From Balanoglossus misakiensis (lineage: Eukaryota > Animalia > Hemichordata): DNA of 64,000 nt. Position numbers and translations under genes: made by a program. How positions within the stretch are numbered: position 1 is the stretch's first letter; each line of letters opens with the position of its first letter. Below, in pieces: positions 33,054 through 47,133 of this stretch. The stretch spans positions 9,981,099 to 10,045,098 of the forward strand of contig CM082581.2 in the NCBI GenBank assembly GCA_040954595.2, given 5' to 3'. The notes beneath the pieces are model-generated. The model saw only the letters and a program-made list of their open reading frames with translations, searched no databases and was not told where the DNA came from.

Positions 33054-36000
33054 ATGGCGGATCAGAAAGACCAATCGTCATCACCACCACTCTTATTATT
33101 CCCACCCAGTGAGGGACTTGCGCCGCAGCTGGTGCCCGTTCCAGCCACTGCTTCTCTGTTTCCAGCGGGTGAGTTTATCGAGTCATCGAGCTTCCCCGAT
33201 GTGCTAGTTTTCTAGTGCAATACGAACCGGCGTATCCGTCATTCGACCTCTCTCGAGATCATTTAGGGACACCTCCCTTCCTTTCAAGGATCAGGACCGG
33301 ACATACATGTACATCGCATCGGTGACGTGATCGATGTTTGTTTACCTCAATGTCGGTCCAAAGCAAATGATACTTTGACACGTGTTACAAACCCAAAAGT
33401 AAAACGTTGAAGACATGGGCATCCAGAGACATGTTCTACCTATGACTGTGTTTATTATTGAAACACAGTCCCGCCACAGTGCAGGGACTGTGATTGAAAG
33501 TTGTATTCAGTCCAGTCTGTCATAACTCCTTCCAAACTTTCATACCGATTGCAAGGCCATATCTCAGATTCGTCAGAAAACATCATATCAGTTTTATAAA
33601 TGACACCCCAAGAGACAGATAGTAGGCGATCAGACACAACACCAATGTGATATGGTATTGGTAGATGAACAATATGGTGCAAATGAGTGGAGACCAGTCT
33701 AATCACACACTAGAACAGTAATTGCGATAATTTCTTCATTTAGAGGAAATGGTTAAATTCTAATTATGACTTATGTTAAATTGGTTATTATAATGCTGGT
33801 GACAGCTATAACCTAACAACAACAATAACAATAATAGAAGCAGTAATAATAGTAATACTATTTATAGATAAAAGATTACCACAACACTCATATATTATTT
33901 TTATAATTTTCAGAAGATGGAGAAGCGGACAGCTTTCTTGGTCAGAACGACCCACTTCCTTTAGTTGAACAACAGCAGCAACAGAGCCCCTACCCATTCT
34001 TTCAGCAGCAACCAACACCACCTCAAGCAGACCCCTTTGCCAACTTATCACAGCAGCAGCAGTCTCCGCCACTGCAACCACAGCAGCCAGTATCACAACC
34101 ACTCGCCCCTCCAACCTCACAATCCTACTATGTGCAACAGCAACTCGTCGAACCGCCACCCGTGAACCAGCCACCACCGCCGTCTTACGAACAGGCCAAG
34201 TATGCCGCAATACCACCACAGAGATCACCGGTGGCTTATCCACAACATACATCTCCACAGGGACCTCCAACTTCTGGATTTGTGCCAAGACGCCAGGTAA
34301 AGCAAAGTGTCTTAGCAATCACGCATTGAATTCTCCTGAAATCAAGTTTTAACAACTGATGTCCTATCAATGGCCCAGGTGCTGAATTTTGTTTTGTTCC
34401 TTTTCCAGTTTGATCCGAATAAACCACCCCCGCAGACAGAAGAACTTGAACACATGCATTCAGCGTCTCATTCGGTTCTGAATCCCCAAGCAATGTACAA
34501 CCCAGTACAAGCACACTGGTTTTACTGCAAAGAAATTGAACATAGATCTGTGTGGAAGCCATTCTCCATGACAGATTCCCTCAAGTTAGAAGAGTCACTA
34601 ACCACAGGTAATTTATAAAAAAAAATAATTACAACCATCAATACTCAGCAAATCTTTCCAAGTAGAGTAACAAAACTTGCAGGAGAGAAAAAAATAACTC
34701 AGACAATCTAAAAAAAATAGCACTGTAAAAAAAATGATATCATTTCTCTTTTATTGATGCTCAGTGCAACAAGATCCACAGGAGTACATAGTACAAACTG
34801 ATGGTGGCCGTTACGATGTCAACGTGACAAGCAGAATACGTACTGCTGTCTACTGGGAAGAGAAGCCAACCGAAGTGAGGAGATGTACATGGTTCTACAA
34901 AGGCGATGGAGATAACAAATTTACGCCCTATCAAGAAAAGTTTGCAGAAAAACTTGAGGTAATTAGTAATTATAGCCACGCTTGGACATAAATAATCCAG
35001 AAGCAAACACAGAAAGTAATGGAAGTATATCTGTTTTGGAAAAAAGGCTTTTCTGACACAAATCACAGGTGTTTGAGTGTTGCCAAGTGACAGATCTGTT
35101 GTTTGTCAACAGACTGTTGCTTAGCAACACATTTCAGTTGATTAGGCATGCGAGATGCATGACACTGTCTTTCCTCTTGTGTCACAGGAGGAGTATAAGG
35201 TAGCTGTCACAAACAACATATGGCATCGTCGACTGGAATTCCCGGATGGGGAGACGGTAGTCATGCACAACCCGAACGTCATCGTTCATTTCCGACCGAC
35301 CAGCCACCCGGACGAGTGGGGCACGGCGGTTGCCGACAGCAACGTCAGACCAAGGGTTGTCAAAAGAGGAATGGATGAAGACATTGCTGAGGTGGAAGAA
35401 GGTAATACAAAGATGGTCAAATGGAAAACTTGTGTCTTTCCCACGCGGATTATGTAAAGTTTTGATTTATTTGTAATATACTTCAATCTGTCTGCTTTTC
35501 AAAGGTGAACCAGCTCAGGTAGATCACGTCCTTTTTGTTGTACATGGTATTGGCCCAGTGTGTGATCTCAGATTCAGAAGTATTGTGGAATGTGGTAAGT
35601 CTTGCAAATCTGATGTTTATGACGGTGAAAACTTTCAAAATGAAACCTCCATTAAATAGAAACTTGTCCGTGTTGAATGCCAAGAAAATAAACCTCTGAC
35701 ACAAAATAACCATCACACTGAAACCACAAGCTCATTTCTTGTTCACGCATTTCTCGTTTCAGTTGACGATTTCAGGAGTGTATCTCTAGGTTTGCTTCAG
35801 TCTCACTTCAGAAAACACCAAGAAGATGGTAGAATCGGTCGGATTGAGTTCATCCCTGTCAGCTGGCACGATGTGTTGCATGGTGATGCCACTGGAGTTG
35901 ACAGGTATAAAGACAACAAACACAAATCTAGTTTCAGTCCAGAAATTGTAGAACTCTCCATCTCTGTTTATCTGAGTTCATGGTAAGCTGTTTCAAGTAG

Positions 36001-39000
36001 TAAATACTTGACATCCCCATTTCCTTATACATGGATCCAACCACGTCATTGAAAACAACAGGGTCGGACCACTTTCCGGTTAGTGGAAGGGGTGTGATAC
36101 TGAAGTGCCTGTCTTCATCTCTCTTGCAGACAGCTCAGGAAGATTACATTGCCCAGCATAGGTCGGCTACGTCATTTCACCAACGACACACTGCTGGACA
36201 TTCTATTCTATAGCAGTCCCACATACTGCCAGACAGTCTGTGACCAGGTGGCGGGTGAAATAAACAGATTACACAGTCTATTCTTGCAAAGAAACCCTAG
36301 CTTTTCTGGTAGAGCCTCACTCATTGGACACAGTCTTGGTGAGTTGGAACGTCGACTTTACGTACAGACCATTGTAATTTGGTCTGTGTATTCTTATGAC
36401 ACAAGACTGCTGATGACAGTGCACATACATATATCACAGTTATGTATGTCTCTCTGAAAGCTGTAAGACTCATCCAGTTTTGTTATCCCATCAATTTTCC
36501 AGGTTCCTTAGTTTGTTTTGATCTGTTGTCGCATCAGAAGGACCCCAATGCCGTAATACAACCTCCCGAGGAGGAGGGGGACACCACATCCGGTGCATCG
36601 CCGCCACGGCAACAGACGGCCAGCCAATCATCCAGCAGAGGAGTGGCCGAGCTGGACCTTGACACTTCGCTGGATGGATCAAGCGCATCTGGGGATGCAC
36701 CCTTGCCTAGCCTAGAGGAGTCGCTCGCCCAGCTGGGTCTGAGCGGGTTCTTAGAAATATTTCACAAAGAGCAAGTTGATATGGAGTCTTTGGTGATGTG
36801 TGGCGAGTCTGACCTGAAGGAGATGGGTCTACCGCTGGGGCCCCGCAAGAAACTGGCAGGTTTTGTCAGAGAGTTGTCACAAAAACAGGTAAAATGGTCA
36901 ATTCTAGTGGTTTTGAGATCAAGGCACTTAGAAATGTGGGGTCGAATATCAAAAGTTTGTGTATGTGTCCATCAGCATGTGATCAAACTGTAGGATATCT
37001 GTATATAGTGAAGTCATATTTCTCACAGTTGGTGAGTTTTGTTTGTTCAATAGTTTCATGTAGGGAGTGTAATACTTAATCCATGTCTGTCTCTCTCTCT
37101 ACTTCTCAGGAAGAAAAGAAGAGAGAGGCAATAGAAAGAAAAAAATTGGAGGCGGAACTACGAGCTAAAAGGAAACAAGAAGAAGAAGCTCTGAGACAAC
37201 AACAGCAATATCTGCGTGCAGTAGAAAGTGATCGGAATTTACAGGGTTCTGCAATGTCTGTACATGTTGATTACACACCAGGGGTGTCAGGTCAGTCCTC
37301 ATTCACAAATCTCACCCAATCTGAAAGAGGTGAAGTTTGCAGAGAAACTCGCACTGTACTCTCGCACGATTTATTATTGTTGCGCCCTAAACTATGGTAT
37401 GTTGTTTACTTTCTGCAGGTATTGGACAGCCATTTGTCGAGTATCCACAGTTTAGTTTCAAACCAGCCTGTTTCTTTGGCTTGGGTTCACCCGTTGCGCT
37501 GTTTTTGACTGTCCGAGGAGTGGACTCAGTTGGGATGAACTTCAAGCTACCGACGTGTGATGGATATTTTAATATATTTCATCCTGTAAGTAGTGCAACT
37601 TGAGAAAGTTCTGCTCCAAATACCTTAAGTCGATTTGATTTTTCAAGAACATTTGAAATCACAAACATCGAGTTTCATGCCTGGTATATTTTTGTCATCT
37701 ATTTTACTGTGATTTCAGGCCAATGTGAAATAAAATTTTAACATTAAATATCTTTTTCAGTTCGATCCAGTTGCCTATCGAATTGAACCAATTATCAATC
37801 CAGACACCCTTCACCTAAAGCCAGTTCTCATGCCACATCATAAGGGAAGGAAGAGGTTACATTTGGGTAAGACTTGTTCTGTTCAAATTTGTGTATGAAA
37901 GGGAAAAAAATAGATACCAGTGTTTGGGTGATGCTTCTCACTTAAATACTGATGGACATCCATTTTGAGATAACTCCCTATCGCTTGTCAAGTTCAATAG
38001 AATAAGGAAGTACTCACCAAAATTTCATCAGGACCATCCAGTTCTTTTCACTGCACCATCTTGCTTTCCATTTCATGCCACAGAACTGAGAGACAGTCTG
38101 ACGACATTCGGCGCCGACCTGAAACGGAGTCTCGTGGATTCCATGAAGAAAACCTGGAAGACAATCCATCAGTTTGCCATGTCGCACACGGCCGGAGAAC
38201 AGGCGGAGCCCACGGATGAAGAGATGGAGAAGATAGCGGAGCAGTTGACACGAGACGATTCCAAATCCTCACAAGTTGAAACAGCATCCATCGCATCTTC
38301 AGGTAGGTGGAACATTCTAATACTACGATACTCTTGTTCTCAAAGCTGTTGCTGCCATTTTGTTATGTTCAATTGAATTGTCAACTGTGTTTCTGGAATG
38401 TACACATAACTGTTAATATTATATATAAACTATACCTTTCTCTTTTGGAAAAAAATCTCTTGAGTGTATATAACTTACTTGAGATGTAATGGCTTTGAAA
38501 GTAAGATCACAGCCCACTCACTGGTTGAGTTGCGAATTGCCAAACATAACCAGCTTGTTCTTGTCTCTTCTAGATGACTTTGAGATCGTTGGAGACGAGT
38601 TCAAACTTGGTGCTTTGAACAAAGGCAACCGAATTGACTATGTCCTTCAAGAGAAACCCATTGAGAGTTTCAACGAGTATTTATTCGCTCTGGGGAGTCA
38701 TGCATGTTACTGGTAAGTGATCTCACATGATTTTCCTGCATGTAATGGAATGGTCAATGAAGTTCTGAACCTGCTAATTGAGAACAGGCATAATGCAGGA
38801 TATAAGACATGCAACCTGACACTGAATGTATTGAAATCATGTGCTGCATGAGAAAATCCATCACTACACAGAACTCAACTGTTTAACACAGCACCTACAT
38901 GTACTTGGAAAATCAGTTTCATACAAGTAATGCTTGGTTCCTTTCCCCCTAAATTCGTGTGCTAAAATTATATTTTACATTATACACTAACGAATGTCTT

Positions 39001-39151
39001 CTTTGCCAACAGGGAATCGGAGGACACGGTGTTAATGATCCTGAAGGAAATCTACGCATTACAAGGGATACTACCACAAAAACAAGGTCCAGACAAGAGA
39101 CACCAACCCCCTCCCCCACCACAACATCGTACGCTGTTGCCGTCTCCATGA
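33054..39151 (+). CDS. SEC23IP: SEC23-interacting protein p125 / DDHD2-family phospholipase A1 (WWE, lipase, SAM, DDHD domains)
   Basis: 15 exons: 33054-33168, 33914-34296 (P/Q-rich), 34409-34607 (HWFY..WKPFS..DS.KLEE), 34765-34958 ([19 protein letters not shown]), 35188-35401, 35505-35594 (FVVHGIG), 35763-35904, 36130-36338 (GHSLG), 36503-36888 (SAM), 37110-37290, 37419-37585 (FNIFHP), 37761-37866 ([20 protein letters not shown]), 38084-38302, 38574-38712 ([26 protein letters not shown]), 39013-39151. Adjacent to MCMBP as in human. Confidence 0.94.
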
Positions 39152-41168
39152 AGTGTACCCACAACTCTGTAATTCTGTTTTCCCCCCAGTCAGTCATAAA
39201 ATAATATCATGGCATCCTTCAGTATTCCATGAAATGTTAGTGAGATGTTACTGAGATTTCAGATTTTGACCCTCACATACCCAGCTCTGTATTTCCTTTA
39301 AACAATCCACATCGAATATTAAACTTTAGGTCAGAGGTCAAGGATTAAGTTCACCTCTAAAGGAAGGATGCAGAATATAGAATAAAATGACATAATACTG
39401 TGTTAATTAAATATACCGTGGCATTATGTTAAATTATGTCCATTGCGCAAACAACACAATACATGTAGCATACTTCAGCTTGTAATACAACTGTCTTAGA
39501 AATCAAAGTAGAACAAAAATTACATAGTACTATAGTAATTAACAGTTGCTAGCTAGCTGCTGCCTGTTGATGCAAATCACTTTGTGTAATGTACTATATC
39601 ACTGTTGCCTGATAATACAGTTAGACTGGGGATGATTAAATGAAGATTTGAAACAAAATGACTGTGGTACATGTACTTCTGGAAGCTTGAAAAATTTCTC
39701 TTTTAAAGAGTGTTACAAGGCAGTTGCAAAGCACTGGTATATTTGCATAAATACCATAATGCGTGCCAGTCAGTCAATGAATAGATAGAAAATATCATTT
39801 TACAGGGCTTTATTTTTTTTGTAAATTAAGTCTTATGAACTTTCTGCTTACCAGTATGGGAAGTCCATGTGAAGCAAGTCTTTTTATGTTTTCAATTTCT
39901 GCACATGACAAAGTGGTACCTGTAATCAAATTGAAGAAAGCACACCATGAATTATCGGAACATGTAATTGCTATATTAATTTGCTGATACTGGTAGTCAA
40001 AATTGCCTATGTCGTCGTACACACAATGTACTCAAATTTGTGGAATAATCTTTTAAATAAAATATCTTATATCCCACGCATATGAATAAATAGTCCTGTC
40101 TTTTGTGTCTTGTCTCGTGCGAGACTGTCCAGTAATAACATCAAAATTCAGGCAATATACAATTTTTCTTGTCCAGAGACATGACTTAATATCACAGACC
40201 CTAATTTGTACACATTTGGCACAAGGACTACACACAGTACCATGACAAACAAAAAAACATTCACAGGTACTTACAGTGTTGCTTGAACTCTGAAGCTTGA
40301 AGGCTGAACCTCTGGGTGTACAGTATTTCAAATCTGGTAAGATGATCAGTCACTATATTGAACCACCAATAACACACACATAAACCTTCCATCAAGACGA
40401 CCATACACAATCCAAGAGTGAGCATACAATATACACTGTACATGTATAAACAAAATTAGGGGCCGTTTTGCTACCCAGTATAATACAGACTCAGTCACGT
40501 CTGAACGTGCTGGTTTTAATATCATTTTCTAATGTACGTAACACTTGTCATGTTAAAACCAAAGTTTACATCACTTTATTTCAGGTTAAGGTCGAGTCCT
40601 TTTTTCATATCAATGAGTTAATGTTGAAACAATTTCATCACTTTGAGCATTCCAGTGTGACCCGTGCCCTTAAAACTTCATCTAAATTCACACAAACTTA
40701 AATATTTGTAATGAACATGTACACACAAAGATGGTAAGCAGCAAACTCAAAGTTCAGTATAATCGGACAAACAGTATAAATATTCCAAAACAGTCTGGGT
40801 AATCCGGACGGGGCGGTATACTTGAAATAAGCACGGCACATAAAAACCTATAAAAGAGAAATATGTACTGTAATAATCCTGAGTTCAGGGATTATTGTAA
40901 AACTCACGAAATAGGGTCACCAATTTCGGCTCATACAAGTTTTACTTTCAATAATGTCAATGTCAATAAAAAAGTCTGCTGACTGTTTTATTAATTTAAC
41001 ATTCCAATTTAATAATTACATATAAACAGCTGTTCCTACGTTTAGCAAAAAAGCTTCACACTATTGGCTGAGAAGATCACATGATTACCACGAGTAGTCA
41101 TGTGATATTTCAACCAAGTTGGTGCCACTTTGGGGCCGGTGTGATTGGCCCCAGGCAGATCACATGAC

Positions 41169-44100
41169 CTATTTCTCAAGAAGTGAGTGGCCCGTCATGT
41201 CTGGAGGAATATCCAGCCCCATCAACTCTAAGACAGTGGGCGCAACATCTGAGAGTCCTGGGTCATCGAACTTCTTGAACTTGTGAGGACCAGTCATAAT
41301 GAAGGGTACTGAGAAAGAGAATGGATATTCGAGTATTAGGAGAAACATCATCGATGCAAATCTATGGAAATGAGTTTGTATTGTCCGTGCATGACTTGTT
41401 ATTGCGAAGAAACAGTCTACCAGTAGATTACAGAATTATTATTTTTTTAAACCAACCTCTGAATGTTGTGTGTGCTGTGTGTGGGCCACCCTGCTCGCTG
41501 ATCATTTTCTCGGCATTTCCGTGATCAGCCGTGATGAGCAAGACATAGCCATGTTCCTCACAGGCATCATGAATGCGACCAATAGCGATATCTGAAAGGG
41601 AAAATATACAGTGATGAATCTGCACTGTTGTACAACTTATACAGTCGCACAGCAGACTTATGCCTTTGAATTTAACTGTAGACATCTCACTTGGTTTGGT
41701 CCGAATCCATTTTTTTCTGTGGTACAGTTGGACCTCTAAAGAGGGAACTGGGGAACTGATCACATTCACATACCTGTGGCTTCACAGGCTTTGACTGCAG
41801 GGTTGTACTGTCCAGTATGTCCAACCATATCCGGGGGTGCAAAGTTACACATGGCAAACGGATACTTTCCACTTGCGATGGCTTTCACCATCTGTAACGC
41901 AAGGAAATACAGACATCACTGTGATTTTGAGATTTTCTGTGCCATATTATCTTGTATAAACTCCATTATTCCTACATAGAATCTCAGGTGAATAATACAC
42001 TGGTAAGACATTTCACAGAAAAAATCAACCACAACTGTAAGTGTCAATTTTATGGGCAATTTATATTTTATGACACTTTCGCATTGTAAGAACCCAAGTA
42101 CCGTACTTTGAATCAAACTACACTACAAAGTTACACTCGCAGCAAACACAACAACCAAACACAGGAATGAATCTGACCTCATCAGCCACACCCGCTGAAC
42201 TCATCTCAGGTAAGAGGTCATAGGTCGGTACTTTGGGTGAAGGAACCATTGACCTGTCTTCCTTTTCAAACGCAGCCTCTCTACCGCCGTTGAAAAAGAA
42301 GGTGACGTGTGCGTACTTCTCCGTTTCTGGTGAAAGGAAATCCAACAAAGAAATATGATGATGCTGGTATTAATTCATGACACTGATTATTCCCAGGTGC
42401 GATTGTTGATCGGATGATGGTAGCCGCCTGACTAGTTTGACATCACTGAGCTGCCATCTTGGCAAGGTCAAAGGTTAAACTCCAAATCATCTATATGACC
42501 CTAGTATGTGTGAAGAATACAAGGCAACCAGCAATAGATATAGAGCAGAGAACAAACCAGATTCCAGCAAAAACAAGAAATACCAACAAAGGAGTGATGG
42601 TCCTACCTGCACAATGGAACTGGGCAAATCCTTTCTTTGCCAGCCATTCTCCCAGTACATTGGCCGGCTGCTGGGGCGGGAATAACATTGGGAATGTCCA
42701 CTGGACATTGTACTGTGCCATGATTGAAATATTCTAAAGCAGGGGGGAAAATGAAAAAAAAAATCAATACCTTGATATTTCTTGGGTGTAGGTTCACTTG
42801 TGTAACTGTCTAAGGGCTTCGCTAAACCTGAACAATCTAGGCAAGACGAATTCTTATGCTTGACTACAGATTGATTTCAAACTGACGTCGATGGGATAAG
42901 TTGAAAACTGTTAGAAATCCAAGTCTGTAGATTTAAAGGATAAGCAGAGACATCAGGTATCTTGCAGGACACTCACCAAATCTTTCGGCACCACATCTGT
43001 TTCAAAGTGTCTTTCAATTCCGAATGATTCAACGATTTCTCTCATTCTGTCGGCACGGAAGTCGATGAACACCAAGGTGTCGCCGTCTCTCACTCGTCCT
43101 TCTTCGCTCAAGATGATCGGTTTCAAGAATTCGTCTGTTTCTGTCGGTTCCAGTGCATAGCGTTTCTTGATGACCTGTAAACGGAGGTGAAGATTGCATA
43201 AATGCCCAAATCGACAAATTCAATGTTGGAATAAACGGCACCTTGTCATTAAGTATTTATTCATGCATATTCTCTGTTTTGAAATAGTGAAGCATGACTT
43301 TCTCAGGTAGACTTTGATGACTAAAACTTACATCAATGACTTGATCTGGTGTCGTCTTCTCCCCATTGCCTTTTGTCAATGCCTCGTAGGCAATCTTGAT
43401 TCTCTCGTAACGCTTGTCCCGGTCCATGGCGTAGTATCGTCCCACCACAGTTGCAAGCTCACCATAGTTTCCAGCCTTCAGATGGTCCAAGACTTGCTGC
43501 ACATAAGTAACTGTCATAGGAAATTAGTATTCATGTTAAAACTTTTGCTGTTGTCTTTATAAACGGACAGCATAGTTATTTTTACGAGCGTCCAAGTATC
43601 TGAGACTGTGAGTCAAATCAGAGTATAACAGATTATTTTCCATGTATTATTTCAAACAAGTTTAGAACCTCTGACCGCATACATTACATAGCTGCAAGCA
43701 CATAATTGAGCAGCAATGGGTTTACTGAGCTTCTGTACAAGGGGTCAATTGCAGTAACCCGTCATTGCTGAAGTAAAGAGTTGAAGCTATTTCAAGAATC
43801 TTGGTCTCTCTTTACTGATAACAAGAAAATGCTTTAGTGCCTATTGGTTTACAGTAGGGCGCCTGGGCTTGTACATGTGGTGTGCCTTTTTAATTGCTTA
43901 TAAAAACATTGGAATTAACGATAGGAACATGAGCAGTTATCAAACTTCAAAGATTCAGAGCACATTTGGCGGCAAGCATTAAAATTTATTATTCATATGG
44001 ACTCATGCTATGATAATGATATCAGCAACTGAGTAAAGAGCTCGCACTTGACGAAATGCGAATTGATAATTACCTCCACTGGTCGGTCTGGTGTCACGGC

Positions 44101-46594
44101 CATCGGAGAAGAACTGTACGTAACACTTTGGAACCCCCTGCTGTTTGACAACATCAATCATGGTCAGAAGATGATTGATATGGGAATGTACACCACCATC
44201 GCTCACCTAGTTAAAAAAAAGTCACCATCAAGTCAGTGGACATGCAATTGCATTTAGTAAGACACATTTTAAACACATCTCTGGAGCTTCCCAACAAAAC
44301 CACAACTTTTAAGAGAAAAAAAACTTGACTTACCAGTCCCAGGAAGTGAAGTCTTCCATTGCCACTCTTTGCTCTGTTACAGGCGTCCATTAGAGTAGGG
44401 TTACTGAATATAGTCTTCTCTTCAATAGATTTGTTTATTCGCACAATATCCTGTCAGAGCAATAATACATACGTCTCAGAATTATTTATCTCTAATTAGT
44501 TCCAAATATGAGATTATGTAAAACTTGGTAAGAACCACTTCTGTTACAGGTTTTACCCACAATTCACCCCCTCTCGGCGTTCAGAAAACTTCACCCAACA
44601 TTCTCAGTGACCATGACCTTCAGAGCACACACACTACGCCCACCAATGGTAAGTATTTCTAGAATTTGTCTCATCCTACGACACATATTATCCAGACTCA
44701 ACTCTGTAAAATTCCACAGTGACAGACCAAGCATTACATGGGCTTAACGACAATCTAGCAAATGTATCCGTTAATTGTAAAGTTCAGAGGTCAAATACAT
44801 GTTGGAAAGGAGACAGCAGAGGTTAAGGCCACGGACATTGATCCCAGGGATCAAGTTCGCACTTCATGTAGGTCGCAAAATGAGCGAGGTATCATCATCT
44901 TTTGTGTAAACTGAAATGATAATAACCTGGGGGAACAAATTTTGCTGGCAAATCAATGTCTGCTTCTGGCCTGTCGAATTGAAATGAAACGTGATAGCCA
45001 GTACCAGTACACACCAATTTTCAGGTCAGGCTTCTGAGACCTGTCAGATTTAAAGGAATTATATACGTTGATTCATTACACACATACCTGGTATATAATT
45101 CTACCAATGCCGATAGTTGTGTGTCCAACTTCACTGTTTCCCATCAGCCCGGCTGGTAATCCGACGGCCAATCCTGATGCATCAAGGGTGACTGCTTTCT
45201 CCTCAAACAGTTTGTCCATCACAGGGGTCTCAGCATTTAGGATGGCATTGCCTAGTTGGGATAGTAAGAGTGTGATTAAAAAGTATTGGTCCCTGTCTCT
45301 AAAACCGTTAAGCAATTTCGATTTTACTGTTTTTCTTACCAATGCTCTTGCTACAGTACTATGAAAAGAATAGTAAACTTAAAGTCTTTTGTGGCTAAGC
45401 ATAGTTTGGACACTGTTACATGTAACTAGGGCAAAGTTTGCTCGGGAGTGATTTGAATTATGGCACTTCTTCCAAAAATGTCTCTTCCACATTTTATAGG
45501 CATGTCTATGCTTCATTTGAGACTGATTAGAATTACCAACTGTCAGTGGGCCACAGGAATTACATAGTAACATTCTGCATGAGGAACAGAATGAAGACTA
45601 TGGCACAGAGATATTTGATAGTCTTTCTCCTTGATTGTATGTGTGTGCGTAACATGTACTTGGTTGTCATAGTAACTGTACTTTTTTCATTTTCTTATCA
45701 CAAAATGAAGTACTGTGCCATGTCATGATGTCCATCCTGGAGTGGAATAATATTTTTCTATAAAAACCTATACACTAAGATAAAGCCCCAGTAACTCTAA
45801 TTTTTGGCTATTTTCAGTATTTTTATCCCATGTGTCAACTATGGTATCTTGTTCCACGCTACGCAGCTTTATGTAATGATCAACAAAGCCTGCATATGAG
45901 TAGAGAAACGGCAATTGTTATTGTTGAAAACTGAATTCAAGTCTGGAATTTAATTCCATTTCCCACAATAACAATGGTGATTAGGGAACTACAAAAAGGA
46001 CTGTAAAAAAAATACTCAACATGAAGTCTCTCTCAATGCATGAACGAAGGACGAGGTCATTGACCGAATCCATGTATGATAATTGGAAAAATTGTAAAAC
46101 ACGAAAAATGTGCATAAAATTATCTGTATAACATCAGTTCAATCACTGCATGGGCACATAGTGCATAGGGTTACAAAAAGACGAGATAACGTCAGAATAC
46201 CGACTTAGGACGTGACAGGCAACGTATAGCTGTGTACAGTTTGTCCTACGGGTGACCTCGATGACCTTGCTTGCCAATCACGGACAGATTGACCTCATGT
46301 GGAGTGAATTTACAGCATTGTACAGACACACAGAAAATTGATCATTTGCAAATTCGATTTTCTTGGTGGAGGTGACTTCATAAACATCTCGAATTTTAAA
46401 TTAATGGTCATTTTACATCTAAACAAAGGGAGGAACTGATAGGCAGCAGTTGTGTATTTTATCAAGACTCAAGAGAATCCCAGAATGTCGTCCAGTAATT
46501 TCAGATTATAGTGCACCGTTTTTGCTTCTGTCCTACCTTCAATGACATCTGAGACTCCCCATCCGTCGATCACAATCAGGCACACTTTGCTCAT
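41169..46594 (-). CDS. 2,3-bisphosphoglycerate-independent phosphoglycerate mutase (iPGM, GpmI family)
   Basis: Exons 46537-46594 ([11 protein letters not shown]), 45088-45251 ([10 protein letters not shown]), 44334-44450 (GRLHFLGL), 44074-44206 ([13 protein letters not shown]), 43332-43510 ([11 protein letters not shown]), 42977-43174 (DEFLKP, DFRADR), 42607-42733, 42178-42326 ([15 protein letters not shown]), 41774-41891 ([12 protein letters not shown]), 41457-41591 ([13 protein letters not shown]), 41169-41308 (LSDVAPTVL). Confidence 0.97.
44810..44870 (+). mobile_element. Possible decayed tRNA-derived SINE head in an iPGM intron
   Basis: A-box-like AGCAGAGGTTAAGG followed about 30 nt later by B-box-like AGTTCGCAC. 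No cloverleaf. Confidence 0.25.
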
Positions 46595-47120
46595 TTTGTA
46601 AATATCAAGTGAGTTCTTAGTTGAGCTTGCAGTTGATACCAGATTAGACAGACAGACGAAAGACCACGACCACGACCGGCGAACCACACGTAGCAAAGGC
46701 CGGGTGAACAAACTCGCCAGGGGTGTAACACCTCAGTGCTAAATGTCATCTTCGGGGTCATGCATATAAGTTGTTGGAAATGTCACTCCCAATAATTCTC
46801 TTCAAGAATGTCTCATATACTTTTACTCTTGCTTTTATGAATTATATAATTCGTAAAGGTGACTTTGATGAAGCAGTTGTTTTCATTTTTAGCAGCTTTG
46901 AGATTACAACACGGTTTCCCCCGTATTGAATTCTGTCGTAAACCCCCTTTCTTTCTATTGCTAGGGTTTTTTCACTATAATAACTTCTAAAAGCTTTCAT
47001 TAAGACCTTTATTTTAGTGAAATCGTATAGTTAGTTTCATGGTGATTAATAAAAGTGATATAGACATAATTTCTCACCGGTTTTCTCTTTTATTTCAGCC
47101 GGCTGCCATTTTACGGCATT

Positions 47121-47133
47121 GGGTCAGAGGTCA
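47121..47133 (+). promoter_or_regulatory. DR1 nuclear-receptor element in the iPGM/PAAT divergent promoter
   Basis: GGGTCA-G-AGGTCA is a consensus direct repeat with 1-nt spacer (HNF4/COUP-TF/RXR type). A YY1-like GCCATTTT lies at about 47105. Confidence 0.4.

Noticed and set aside
33806-34318. 170-aa minus-strand ORF
   Set aside because: Antisense shadow of the P/Q-rich SEC23IP exon 2.
41160-41171. Stop-codon readthrough of iPGM to a peroxisomal signal
   Set aside because: The frame after UAG is GTC ATG TGA; no PTS1 is produced.
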